This document shows positions 50,759 through 62,900 of a stretch of 64,000 bases of DNA, in pieces (the first letter of the stretch is position 1; each line of letters begins with the position of its first letter). The notes beneath the pieces are model-generated. The model worked only from the letters and a program-made list of their open reading frames with translations. It was not told the DNA's origin and did not search any database. The position numbers were made by a program, and so were the translations under genes. The DNA comes from Geosiphon pyriformis uo1 (taxonomy: Eukaryota > Fungi > Glomeromycota). The stretch lies in assembly GCA_016748015.1 (NCBI GenBank), contig JAAOMT010000096.1, positions 68,803-132,802 of the forward strand. Direction: 5' to 3'.

Positions 50759-51681
50759 TGTTACCAGCTGAAAAATGAATGAAAATTAGCATGAAATTAT
50801 CCTTATAATCCCTATTATTCACTATTATATATTAGTTAAATCACATTTTATTATTAATTATTTTATTATCATTTTACGAAATTATTGATCATCCATATCT
50901 CAATTAATTACAAGTACACAAATGTAACTAAATTTGATGATCAAATATGCAATACCCCGAATTCTGTGACAGAAATCCACGAATTTTGCAATAATTCACT
51001 GAAATATGAAGAGTTTGCTGAAAAGTCATAATTAGTTCTAGGAAATTCATAGAAATAAGTGCAAAGAAAAGAGTGCTAGAACTTGAGTAAGTACTACTCA
51101 AAGATGTATAAAAGAAGAGCTTCTCTCTTCAAGAAAATGTATCTTAACATCTAATAGTCTTAGAATTAGATAACAAGTTACAAATCAAACAAAAATAAAA
51201 ATATTCTTTTGAAAAACCCAAAATTCTTAAATATTCTTTTGAAATTTTATAACATTCGAAACTAATACTTTGAAATTGACTAGCTACTAATTTCAATAGT
51301 TCATTTAGTTTCCCACTCAGGCCTAAGCAGAATTCATGCAACAAAATTATCTCTAATTATTATAAAACCGCATTTTCGATTTTTCTATTTTTCTTGTAAT
51401 TTATCACGAATTATTGAGAACCTACAGTTAGAAAGATACTGTAGAAGTGTTGAATTTCACAGCGAAGTAACTGCATAACCTATTGAAGAAGCCTGTAGTC
51501 GAGGGATTCCTACAGAAGAGTTGACTTTTAATAACAAAGTAACTACAGAGAATAATTGGCATGGAATTGGCCATTCCATCATAAGCCCAACAACATAAAC
51601 GGTTTCCAAAGTATAAGGAATACTTTGAAGAAAATTTAGCATTAACAACAACAAAGAAAGTGAGAAAAACTATCGGTAACA
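50759..51681 (+). mobile_element. Solo LTR of a diverged family A relative (923 bp)
   Basis: TGTTACC...GGTAACA termini; flanks GAGT/AAGT; shares the TATA block, AGGCCT palindrome and hairpin array with family A. Confidence 0.88.
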
Positions 51682-51982
51682 AAGTCATATATAACTGAAA
51701 CTTCTAATATTAGAGCAATTATTAAAAAATATATAAACAATTTTGTTAATAATAAAGATTGTATAATTAAGAATATTTTAGAGTATTCTTTTTGTAAAGT
51801 TGTTTTAAATTATTTATTTACTAATAATAAGCTCATTCTTAAATCCAATAAAATTGAATCTAAGATTAATAAGATTATAAAAAATTAAACCAAAAAGAGG
51901 ATAGTATTAGATAATATTCCAAATTTTTGGTAGTATTAATATGTTTTTTTAGAATATGTAAATAATAGTGTTTTTAGTAGTA

Positions 51983-54294
51983 AAGTCAAACCTAAGATAA
52001 CTTATACCCTTGGTGAATACAAATTGCTATGAATTATTACAGGTTATGAGTTTTCTCAAGTTTAAATATATATAGTATACATATAATAAAAATAGATATA
52101 ATATTAATAAAAAATAAATTTATTTGCATATTCTTATAAAAATCTTTAAATAGCTTATGGAATATTAAAAAAACTTGTAAAAATTGTTTGTTTTTGTTTA
52201 TCTTGTATTCTCTTATGAAGTATATATTTAACATAAGCAAGCTTATTAACTGTATCATAAAATTCCTTCCTATTTTCAAGCTTTATAAACTGTTCAAGAT
52301 TTGTAATAATAGTTAGTGCATTCTTAATATTTATTACTTTCTGTATCTTTTGTTTTTTATTAGAGCTATCATACTTTGTTTTACAATTTATTATAATATA
52401 ATTTGCAATCTTATAATTATTCAGATGTTTCAAAGTAATTATATCATTTTTCTTAGATAAATTTACCAACTCTTTAATTAATAAGTATGTACAATTTAAC
52501 TGTATGTAATTGAATTTTTTGTAACAATTTTTAATCTTTTTTAATACTATTTCTTAATTATAATTAGCTATTATTTCCAAGTTTGCAGTTTTATTCTGAA
52601 AGTTGTTATTTGTATTGATTAAAAAAATATCAACTTTGTGTCAATAATAAGTGATTTTTTTATTTAAAACATTTTTTTATGTCCTATAAATTAGATGTAT
52701 TGTTTAAAATTGGTTAATTACATAAATGTTATTAGCACTATTATCAAAAAAATTTAATATATAATAAAAAAATAACAATAATAACGTGTTTTAAAACAAT
52801 AAATAATTTTAGTATTTATAAACTAAATATGTACTATCAAGTTAAGTTTATAATAAATTTTATATTATAGTTAAAACCAATAAATTGTTTACTAATAACA
52901 ATATATTTTAGTTTTTTTTATACAACTAATAGTTCTAATTAACAAACTACTCTCAAAAAATATTATTAGTCATTTAAGCATAAGTATTTGAATAATACTG
53001 AAAATCAAATTGTTTTTTGTTTTTTATTAAAAACAACATGAATATTTAACATAACTAATAATAAATAATAACAAATGCTCAGTTCTATTAGCATTAATTG
53101 TAAAAACAAGTATCAATTGTATTTTTGATTATTTAGTGCCATGATTTAATATTATAACAAGAAGTATTATTATATATATTTATTTATTTTTAATATATTT
53201 AATATTAGTTAATAATATATTATTATAAAAGTAAAATAAATGCAATTTAATATAGTTTTTAAAGTTCTTAAGCCAGTTATTAAATAGTTTTTGGTGCTTA
53301 TTTTTTAAAATATTTAATTAATTATAGAACTTTATACCAATAGTTTGAATTATATCTTTAATAAGTATTATTTTATATAATTTTTTTTTGTACAAAAATA
53401 ACAAATGCTTTATTAAAATTAGAATTATATGTTGTATATATTTATTTGTTAATCAAATTATGTATTATATTTACTTGTGCATAAAAATTTAATTCATCTT
53501 TAATTTAAGCTAAAACTAAAGACTATTTTATATATAAAAAACTGTTTTTTTTAAAGTGTTTTGTAGTTTTTAATTGGGTTTTATTATTTTTATAATACTA
53601 ATTAGATATTATAAACTTATAATAAAGTATAGTATTTTTACAACTTTGTAAAATACAAACTGAAAAAATATCATGCTTTTTGTTAATAAATATAATAGAA
53701 TTAAAAAAGAAAAGAAAAGTATAATTAGAACTTTAATCAAATAAAACTAATCCAAAATTTTGATTTAATTATTCACATAATTGATAATAATTTAAAACTT
53801 GAAACAATTCAAAACTATAATTTGATTATTTATACAATTAATAATAATTTAAAACTTAAAACAATTTGAAATTTTGATTTAATTACTTATAAAATTAGTA
53901 ATAATTTAAAACTTAAGATAATTCAAAACTTTAACTTGATTATTCACACAATTGATAATAATTTAAAACTTAAAATAATTTGAAACTCTGATTTAATTAT
54001 TTACACGATTAATGATTATTTTATTAAATAAGTAATGTTATATTATTATATAGTATTTTTAGTTATAAAAATATTGGTTTGCTTTACTGTAATTTTATCA
54101 AAATTAGCAGAATTTAAATTAAATTTAGCATCTAAGATAACTTATACTGACAGTAAAAAGTTATAAGTTATTAAGTATTACAAGTATAAATTATAAATAT
54201 AAAATTTTTTAACTATTAAATTAGTAAATTTAAAATACTATAATTTATTACAAATTATAAGTTATCTTAGTATAAATTATCTCAAATTTGACTG
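51983..54294 (-). mobile_element. Eroded pogo/Tigger-like DNA transposon (~2.3 kb)
   Basis: TA-flanked imperfect TIRs (a)AGTCAAACCTAAGATAACTTATAC and GTATAAATTATCTCAAATTTGACTG. A minus-strand ORF remnant ends KQKQTIFTSFF, a PIP-box-like C-terminus typical of pogo transposases. Confidence 0.7.
53748..54015. repeat. 57-bp tandem repeat, about 4.5 copies, inside the pogo-like element
   Basis: TTTAAAACTT recurs at 53791, 53848, 53905 and 53962. Confidence 0.9.
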
Positions 54295-54299
54295 TATTA

Positions 54300-57200
54300 T
54301 AATTTAGATTAAATAAAATAAATTATTGTTAATTATAAAAAATTTTTTTAATAACAAAATAGTAAATTTGTTTAATATTTTTAATAAATTTAAAAACACT
54401 ATAATAATATTATTATTGGTTTATTATTAAATTTATTAAATATATATTTATTAAATAAGTTATTATTTATTATTTAAAAAAAAATTTGGGTTTTGATGAT
54501 TTTTATACTTTCTAAATAAGATAATATTTTTATTAATATTTAATTTATTATCTTAATAAAAACTGATAAAAATTTTTTTTAAAGATTTTATTTAACTAAA
54601 GTTTTTTAATATATAATAAATTTAATGTTTTTTATAGTAATAACTTTTTTGTTTTAAAAAAAACTTTTATCTAATTTTCTATATTTGTTGTAAACTTAAT
54701 GATTAAAGTTATTTTTTTTAAAAAAATCTGGTTGGTCTTACAAAATATATACAAAACATATAATTTTATAAACTAATCTTATTTAAAAGTAATTTAACTT
54801 ATATTTAAAGTTTATTAAATTTTTTAGTAATATTCACAATAATAAAACCAATAAAATTATAATAAATTTTGGCTTAACAAATAATTACAAAATTATAATA
54901 ATTTTAATTAAAATAAAATCTTTTTACTTTTGTTTTAAAGAATTTTTTTATATAAAATTAAAAAACAAAACCATTTATACAATTATAAAATTTATTATAA
55001 AAACTAATAAACAAAATTTAAAACTGGTTTAACTTTTTAGCTGTTAAAACTTTTGTCAATAATATAATTTAAATTAGTTGTTTTTAAGCTATTTTACAAT
55101 ATATTTTGAATATTATTAATAATTTTTTTAATTTAATAATATTTTAATAAATAATAAAAAACAATAATTATTTTTATTAATTATTAAGTTAAAAAGCTTA
55201 TTTAAAACATAAGTAAAGCACTTATTTTTATTGTTAAAAAAAAATATATAAATATTTCGAAATTTTTTGTTAATTAATAATTTGTTTAAATTTAATTTAA
55301 AAAAAAAAACATAGTTTAATATTAAGTTATTTACAAATATGATTTTTAAAAACACTATTTTAAATAAATAATTTTGTTTTAAGTTTTAACAGTTTTGTAG
55401 TTAATTAATTATAAAATTTAATTTAATTTATATTTAAGAATATTTACATAAAATAGAATTTAATTATTAAGAAAAGATTAAAATTTAAAACCAATCTACT
55501 TAAAAATTTTTAATAAGACAATTTATTATTTTTTATTATATAATTTCAAATTATATAAACATATTCAATTAAAAAAAAATTGGCCAGTATAATTATTTAT
55601 ATTAATATAAATCATATTCTTAAAAAAATTTTTAATTATAAAATAATAGATTTATAAATTATAAATTAAATATTATAATATCTATTATAGTTTTCTATTA
55701 AGTTGTTTATTAATTTTGTAAACAATTTTTTGGCTAATATAATTGGTATTTTTTAAAATACAATTTGTTTTTAACAAATAATTTGTTTTATGCTTTATGT
55801 TTTAAAAATAAAATTTTAATTTTAGATATATTAAATTATTTAAATTATTATAATATTGTTATAAATTGGAGTAATAAATTAATAGCAAAGTAAAACAAAA
55901 TTGTATAGTAATAAAAATAATTAAAAAAGAATTTAACTTTAAAGAATAAATTAAATTGATATAAATTCAATATATAAGATTAGTTTTATAAATATTTTAG
56001 TTGCTATAATAAAAAAATTTAAAAATAGAGAAATAGTTTATACTGTTAACAAAAAATAATGCATTAATATAATTTTATGTCTTATATTAGCATTTTTAAA
56101 ATTTAATATTAAATATTAATTGTATTTTTTAGTATTATTTATTCAATAATCTTTAAAATTAACAATTATAAGTGAATATTAACAAGTAATTTTTTATTAT
56201 AAAAATATTTAAATACTTAAAGAAAATCGAAAAAGAAAAATAAGCAAATTAAAAAGGATTGAATATTTTAAGAAATAATTTTTATTACTTTGATTTATAT
56301 ATATTTTGTATATATAAACATATTTTTCTAAAGCTAAAAAATATATTATTTATATAATTATTAAAAGTAATCAATAACCAAATTAATAACCAAATTAATA
56401 ATCAAGTTATTAATTAGGCTAATAATTAAATTATTGATTAAGTTAATAATTAAGTTAATAATTAAGTTAATAACTAAGTTATTGATCAAGTTAGCAATTA
56501 TTTTCTAAAAATAGAGTGGCTAACTATATAATATTAATGACTAATACATATAATAATTAATAAAAACTATGGCTTTTAATTATAATAATATAATTAGATT
56601 TTTAAAAAATTTAATTTTACTTTTATTAATTAGTTTTTAAATTGTTATAAGTTATGTTTTATTTATTTTATTGTTAAAAAAGATTAAATTTTAAAAATTT
56701 AATATGTTTAATTTAATTTTATTGTTGTATTTATTAATAAAAAATTTTTTATTAATTAACATATTTTAATGTTTTTTGCTAATTTATATTTTTGTTTATT
56801 TAAGCTTAATAATTATAAAATGACCAAGAAATACTTAATAAATATTAGTTTAAATATTATTATTATTATGTATACTAATAGTTTAATTAAAAATTTAAGC
56901 TTTTATAATAATATTATTAATGTTTTTGCTTGGTTTTGAAATAAATATAAGTATTTATAATTATTTTTTGTTTATATTAATTAAATTGCAAATAATTGTT
57001 TTAATTTTAAACTATGTTTTAATATAAAATATAGTTTTAATTAATTTAAATAGTTAAACTTTTTTGAATATATATAATTTAAACTTAAATATTATTAGTT
57101 TTAATTTTTACAATAATTATTAAATTTAATATAGTTATATTAATAATACTATTATAAATAAAATTAAAAATTACTTTAATATTATTATTTATAATTATGC

Positions 57201-58155
57201 AAACATATTTATAAATATCTTTGCAAATTTATTTTTATTTTGTATTTTAATATTCATAAATAATACTTGGTTAATAAAAATTAATCTGTTTCTAAAAATA
57301 CTTATTAATTTATAAAAAACTTGTTTAATTCTAATAGTTTTGCTGATTAAAAATCTAAATATGTTGAAAAATTTGTGAATAAATTTTTGATTTTGTAATT
57401 TTAATCTTATATATATTATAATAATATAACATTTAAATAAACATACATATACTGATTTGATTGGCTTAATCTTTACTGTTTTTTTTTCTTATTTTATAAA
57501 AGTTTTACATAAATAATTATCAGTTGTTTTTAAAAAAAAGCTGTACAATTCTTTATATTTGTATATTGCTTACTTGTATTATAGATTCTAATCACATCTT
57601 TTTATGTAAACTTGATTTTGTCATGAATTTTTTGGTTATTCAATTATTACATAATATTAAAGCTAATAACTATTTATATATGACTGTTGCAAAAGATTTT
57701 GTTTTAAAAAATTGGGTTTTAAAGACTATTGAGATGTTTATTAATAATTCGGAAGCTGTTATAAGTATTATCAACTTTGTGTATAATATGACTGTTTGTT
57801 ATAAGTCAGATATTTTACTGCTAAATGCTAAATTAAAAGTTTTTTATGAAACCCAAGGTTTAATAGTTGATAATAGATCGGTATTGTTAGATGTTAGCAG
57901 TTTGTCATTTTGCAGCTCTGATGTAGTGTTCACGAGTTTGGCTTTGGTTGTGGTATCCTAGTTAAATTTGGTCTTGATGTTCTTTTATCTCTGGTGTCTC
58001 TTGAGTTTTGTGGTGGCGTTTGTGCCTCTCGCGATATAAGCTTGTAGTGCTGCCTTGATCGGCTCGAGTGGCTGGTCACGTGTAGAAAAGGTAAGAGTCA
58101 CACTTATTTTAGAATCTTAGTGGTTGGGCTGCACTCGTAAAATAATAATAATAAA
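54300..58155 (+). mobile_element. Old LINE ORF2 remnant with 3' UTR, interrupted by a family B solo LTR
   Basis: RT-region similarity at 54700-55700; ORF 57524-57961 resembles the ORF2 C-terminus; conserved 3' UTR motif at 58057-58137 followed by an AAT tail. Confidence 0.75.
55857..56587 (-). mobile_element. Solo LTR, family B (eroded)
   Basis: Colinear with 5273-5940; ATAT TSD on both sides. Confidence 0.8.
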
Positions 58156-58320
58156 TTTCCCAGAAATGATTAAGCAACTGTGATTTTAAGACTAATTATG
58201 TCCATTGAATCCTTACCAATTTATTCGCTCCTTTGATTGAATTTCCCTTTTGATTATTTCCATCACCCTCAATAGCTATTTCTCTTGCTATTCGTTAGCT
58301 TGTTACTCAAACACGTAAAA
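58156..58320 (+). repeat. 3' fragment of a family B-like LTR
   Basis: Matches 36270-36432 (TCTCTTGCTATT..TTAGCTTGTTACTC). Confidence 0.65.
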
Positions 58321-58408
58321 ATATTAATACTTAAATATATACAAAAATTAAATCAAGTATTTTTAATCGGTAATTATTTTGATGCTTTAAGTTAAAATTG
58401 ATATTATA

Positions 58409-59743
58409 CAGGGGGGTATAAAAAGTATTGGACACTTAATATAATATATAAAAAAGGCTATATATTGTAATACCATTAATTTAAGCCATATTTTTTTATA
58501 ATTACTTATAGTTATAATCTACAAATCAACATAAATCGCGTCCTTGTAAAACACAACAGTGGATCATACGCGTATATATAAAATATTGTCGTGAAAAAAT
58601 TTACCGCATCAAATGTGTCTTGGAAAAGAACTTTCTGAATACCAAAAAGGAGGGATTATTTTAGCAAAAAAGTTAGGACATACAAACAGTGAGATTTCCA
58701 CGACTATTGGATGTTCACGTTCTTCTGTAATACGTGTATGGAAGTCATACGAGCTAAAAAAACTTCCTAAAAAACGAACGGGCCGACCACAAATTCTTGA
58801 CAAACGCGCACGTGAACAACTCAAATATTCAAAAATGGAGAATAAAGAAACCCGCCGCCCAACTCTTTCTCCATTGTAAACGTTTTTCTTTATTTGATTT
58901 GGAAATTAATGGCTTGAGACGAGGAATGCACGAGCGAAGTCCTTGAGCTAATCCATTTCGAATAGTTTGTATAGAAATAGATTTGTTGGTATCTTTAATA
59001 AAATTCAATCGTATTTGGCTCGTACTTATGAAAATTGGACAGTAGAAGATTTTAAACGAGTTGTTTGGTCAGATGAATCTACATATACACAATTTAGAAC
59101 TACAGGATTTGGACGTGTATGGCGTAAACCTTCCGAAGTGTTTCATAAGGATTGTATTGCAGCCATAGTTAGAAAAAGCTTTGGTCGCATGTTTTGGGGA
59201 TGTTTTTCATGGGTTGGTTTGGGTCCTTTAGTTCCTTTGGTTGGTCATATTACTGGAGTTATACACCGCGAAACCTAGGCTAATTATGCAATTCCTACGG
59301 TAAAACTTCATGCAAAAAAAACTAAAAAAAAGTTTTTTTTCAGGAAGACAATGCACCAATCCACACATCAAAAGTCGCGCGTTCTTTTCTTACCTCTTCA
59401 AATGTTGAATTACTTCCTTGGCCAGCACAAAGTCCTGATATTACTCCAATAGAAAACCTTTGGTCATATATTGAAGTTGAAATTCGTCAACGTAATTCAC
59501 AACCCTCAAATATTGTACAATTGGAACAGTGGGTTAAGGAAGAATGGGATGCGATACCTGTAAATTACTATCGTAATTTGATCAAGTCTATGGCACGTCG
59601 AGTTCAAGCTATTCTTGAAGCAAATGGGGGTCAAACAAAATACTATCATGTATTTTAATATAATAATAAAAAATTAAAGATTCATAAGTTAGTTCTTTTA
59701 TATAACATATTATAAAAGTGTCCAATATTTTTTATACCCCCTG
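58409..59743 (+). mobile_element. Tc1-family (DD34E) DNA transposon
   Basis: TA TSD; TIRs CAGGGGGGTATAAAAAGTATTGGACACTT and AAGTGTCCAATATTTTTTATACCCCCTG. Confidence 0.95.
58613..59658 (+). pseudogene. Tc1 transposase, inactivated by an internal inversion (58871-59017), a stop (59276) and a frameshift (~59340)
   Basis: N-terminal HTH and RTGRP; VVWSDES; QEDNAPIH, then 34 residues to WPAQSPDITPIENLW; ends ANGGQTKY. Confidence 0.92.
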
Positions 59744-59984
59744 TATATTAATTATAAACCATAGGAAAACTGTAATTATAAATTGGCTATTTAAGAAAAA
59801 ACCAACTTTTATAAAATAATAGAAATAAAAAAATAATTTTCTAAGGATATTTAAAGTCCTAGCTCCTGAGGTTCTGAGGTTCGGTGAACCTCTATTGCTC
59901 AGGTGAACAATTACTTAAGGGTAGTCAATGCGATTATCTTTCAGATTTCAATTTAAAAATTTGTTCTATCCCTCAGTGTAAATT

Positions 59985-62900
59985 ATGTCAGGCCAGCGAG
60001 CTACGCCGTTTGGACCTTGGGAAAGCTTGGACACACAGGAATCTTACGAAACTCGGACGCCATTGGAACCTTCACCAGCAAGAAATTTAATTTCTACAGG
60101 GGAAACAGACTCAACAAGGGACCCTAACCATTCCCAAAATTACCTATTGGATTCTATAAGATCTATAGAACCTTCCCCTCTTTCCAAAGATATATCGCAC
60201 TTTGATGAAATAATGCCTTTTGAAGATCCTTCCAGCAAGCGACCAACAGATTTTATGGATATAGAACCTTTTCCTTTTCAGGAAAACGCAAATGTTACCC
60301 AGAATACCCTTTCAGAATTTTTACCAAGGCTGGATCCTCATCTTTCACATCAAGACGCACAAGTTCTTTTCGCCCCGCCTTTAGAAACCCTAAAAGTAGT
60401 CGTGCCCTCAGAAGAAGGCGAAGTAGGAGGAGAAGGATACCCTCCTGCCATTCCTCCTCTCGAACCTTGGCACTTAAAGCTTCCTTCACCAAAACATTCA
60501 TTAGATATTGACGAAGGGCTTAAAAGTCTCAATATCGATCAAGATTTTGAGAAGCTAAAAAGCCCAAAATTTAAAGGAAAAAGCATATGTGATCCTATAC
60601 CGACTGTTGAGGTACTTGACAGCCATATCACTTTGATTCCCTCCCAAAAATTGTGAATTAAATCAACCAGCTACTTAAAAATTAGGATAAATGGGAACTT
60701 TTACCCGCATTTCTCAAAGTCAAGGGTCTAGTCAAGCAGCATATCGATTCCTTTAATTACTTTGTAGATATAGATTTAAAAAAAATAGTTCAAGCGAATG
60801 ACATTGTAAGATCTGATGTCGATCCCAGATTTTGGCTAAAGTGAGCCTTTGGATTTTTTTAATTTTGGTTGTTTCTAATAATAGAAAGTATACAATAAAT
60901 CTCTCAATTCCAGATATCGAAATATTTGGGTTGCTAAACCAGAGGCAGATAATGAGATGGACAAACAGAGGATATTCACACCACATGAGGCTCGACTGCG
61001 TGATTTAACATATTCTGCTCCCATTTATGTTGATGTTGAGTATGTTCGTGGCTCAAACCGTGTCCGTACAAACAAAAAATGCATCGGGAAAATGCCAATT
61101 ATGCTTAGAAGCTCTCACTGTCTCCTACACAATAGGAGTGAATCGGAGCTCGCGAGGATGCACGAGTGCCCTTTAGATCCCGGTATGACCTTTCAATGAG
61201 CCTCTCACTCGTTCTTGATTTCATTTTAAATTTATCAATATTGATTAATCATATAGCTTTATATTCCTCTCGTAGGCGGCTATTTTATAGTCAAGGGTGT
61301 CGAAAAGGTTATTTTGATTCAAGAACAACTTTCCAAAAATCGCATCATTGTGGAAAGTGAAAGGAGAGGTTCTGTTCAGGCATATGTAACTAGGTTAGTT
61401 GCTTATTTATATTTCCTCAAAAACCTCGAAAGTATCAAAATGTTCTTGAGCTCACAATTCCACTTTTAGTTCCACTCATGAACGAAAAAGTAAGACTTAC
61501 ATAGTGGCGAAGAACGATGCTAAGCATGACAAAATTTATTTAAAACACAATTCAATAACTCAGGATGTCCCAATTGTCGTGGCATTAAAAGTTTGTTCGA
61601 ATCAAATGATTCTCGTTAAAGAAGAACACATTTAACCAGACCAAAGTCTATTGTTTCTTGAAGTTCCTCAAAATTGATTATGTCTATCTATGAATTTGTC
61701 GTAGGCAATGGGTCTTCAGAGTGACAAAGAAATAGGTGAATTAGTGTCGGGCGGAAATGACCTTTTTCTAGCCATGTTCGCACCTAATATCGAAGAATGT
61801 TCAACAATGAAAATATTCACACAAAGACAAGCTCTTGAATTTATTGGGAAATCGGTTAAACTTAATAGAATGACGCGTCAATTCAATCCACACAAAAAAT
61901 CCGCCGCAGATGAAGCTCTAGAGATCCTTGCAACGCATGTGCTCTCACACGTTCCAGTAATCAATTTAAATTTTCGATCAAAATCCATATACCTTGCCAT
62001 TATGATTAGACGAGTTTTGATGACTCTCGCTAATCCGAAATTAGTTGATGATAGAGATTACGTTGGCAACAAAAGATTAGAATTGTAAGTTCTCTATTTA
62101 ATACTAGTGCGTTAAGAAGTATTGACCAACTTACAACTTTTTCGTTACCTCACAGGGCCGGCTCTTTGTTATCGTTGCTATTTGAAGATGTATTCAAGAA
62201 ATTCAATACCGATTTAAAAATGAATATTGACAAAATATTAAGACAGAAGAACCGCGCAACTGAATTCGATGCCGCCAATCAGCTTACTCAGAATGGGGAT
62301 GGGATTACCCAGGGCTTCATTCGTGCTATTTCGACTGGTAACTGGTTTCTTAGACGATTTAGGATGGAAAAAGCTGGGGTAACTCACGTTGTAAGTCGTT
62401 TGAGCTATATTGCTACCCTTGGTATGATGACTCGAATACAGTCACAATTCGAGAAAACGAGAAAAATAAGCGGTCCCCGTGCTTTGCAGGTATACTAATT
62501 CTGTTAATGTAATTTTCTCAATCAAACCTCCTAACGTTATAATCATCAATTAAAGCCATCACAATGGGGTATGCTATGTCCGGCGGATACACCGGAAGGT
62601 GAAGCGTGCGGTTTGATGAAGAATCTTGCTTTAATGACGCATATCACAACGGATGATGAAGAAGCCCCATTGAAGCGATTGGTTTTCCTTCTTGGCCTTG
62701 AAGGTTTGTTTAATGAAAATGGCTTTCCCTAGAAGCGTTTTCTGACTTCATTGATTTATTATTTCTCAGATGTCGATTCACTTACTGGGCCCGAGATATA
62801 TGACATAAATTCATATGTTCTATTCTTGAATGGTCTTATGCTTGGGATTACGCGTCAGCCTAGGACTTTTGTTAATAATTTCCGCAATATGCGGAGGCAT

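Larger units (their letters stand above)
47215..51980. mobile_element. Highly eroded TE remnants, partly LINE-derived, hosting younger LTR insertions
   Basis: 49800-50350 resembles the LINE endonuclease region on the minus strand. The rest is only weakly recognisable. Confidence 0.45.

Noticed and set aside
53748-54015. CRISPR-like array
   Set aside because: Whole units are similar with no unique spacers, the context is eukaryotic, and there are no cas genes. It is a simple tandem repeat.
44810-57500. Organellar or endosymbiont insertion suggested by extreme AT content
   Set aside because: Most of the stretch aligns with TE families present elsewhere in the window, so the AT richness reflects mutational erosion.
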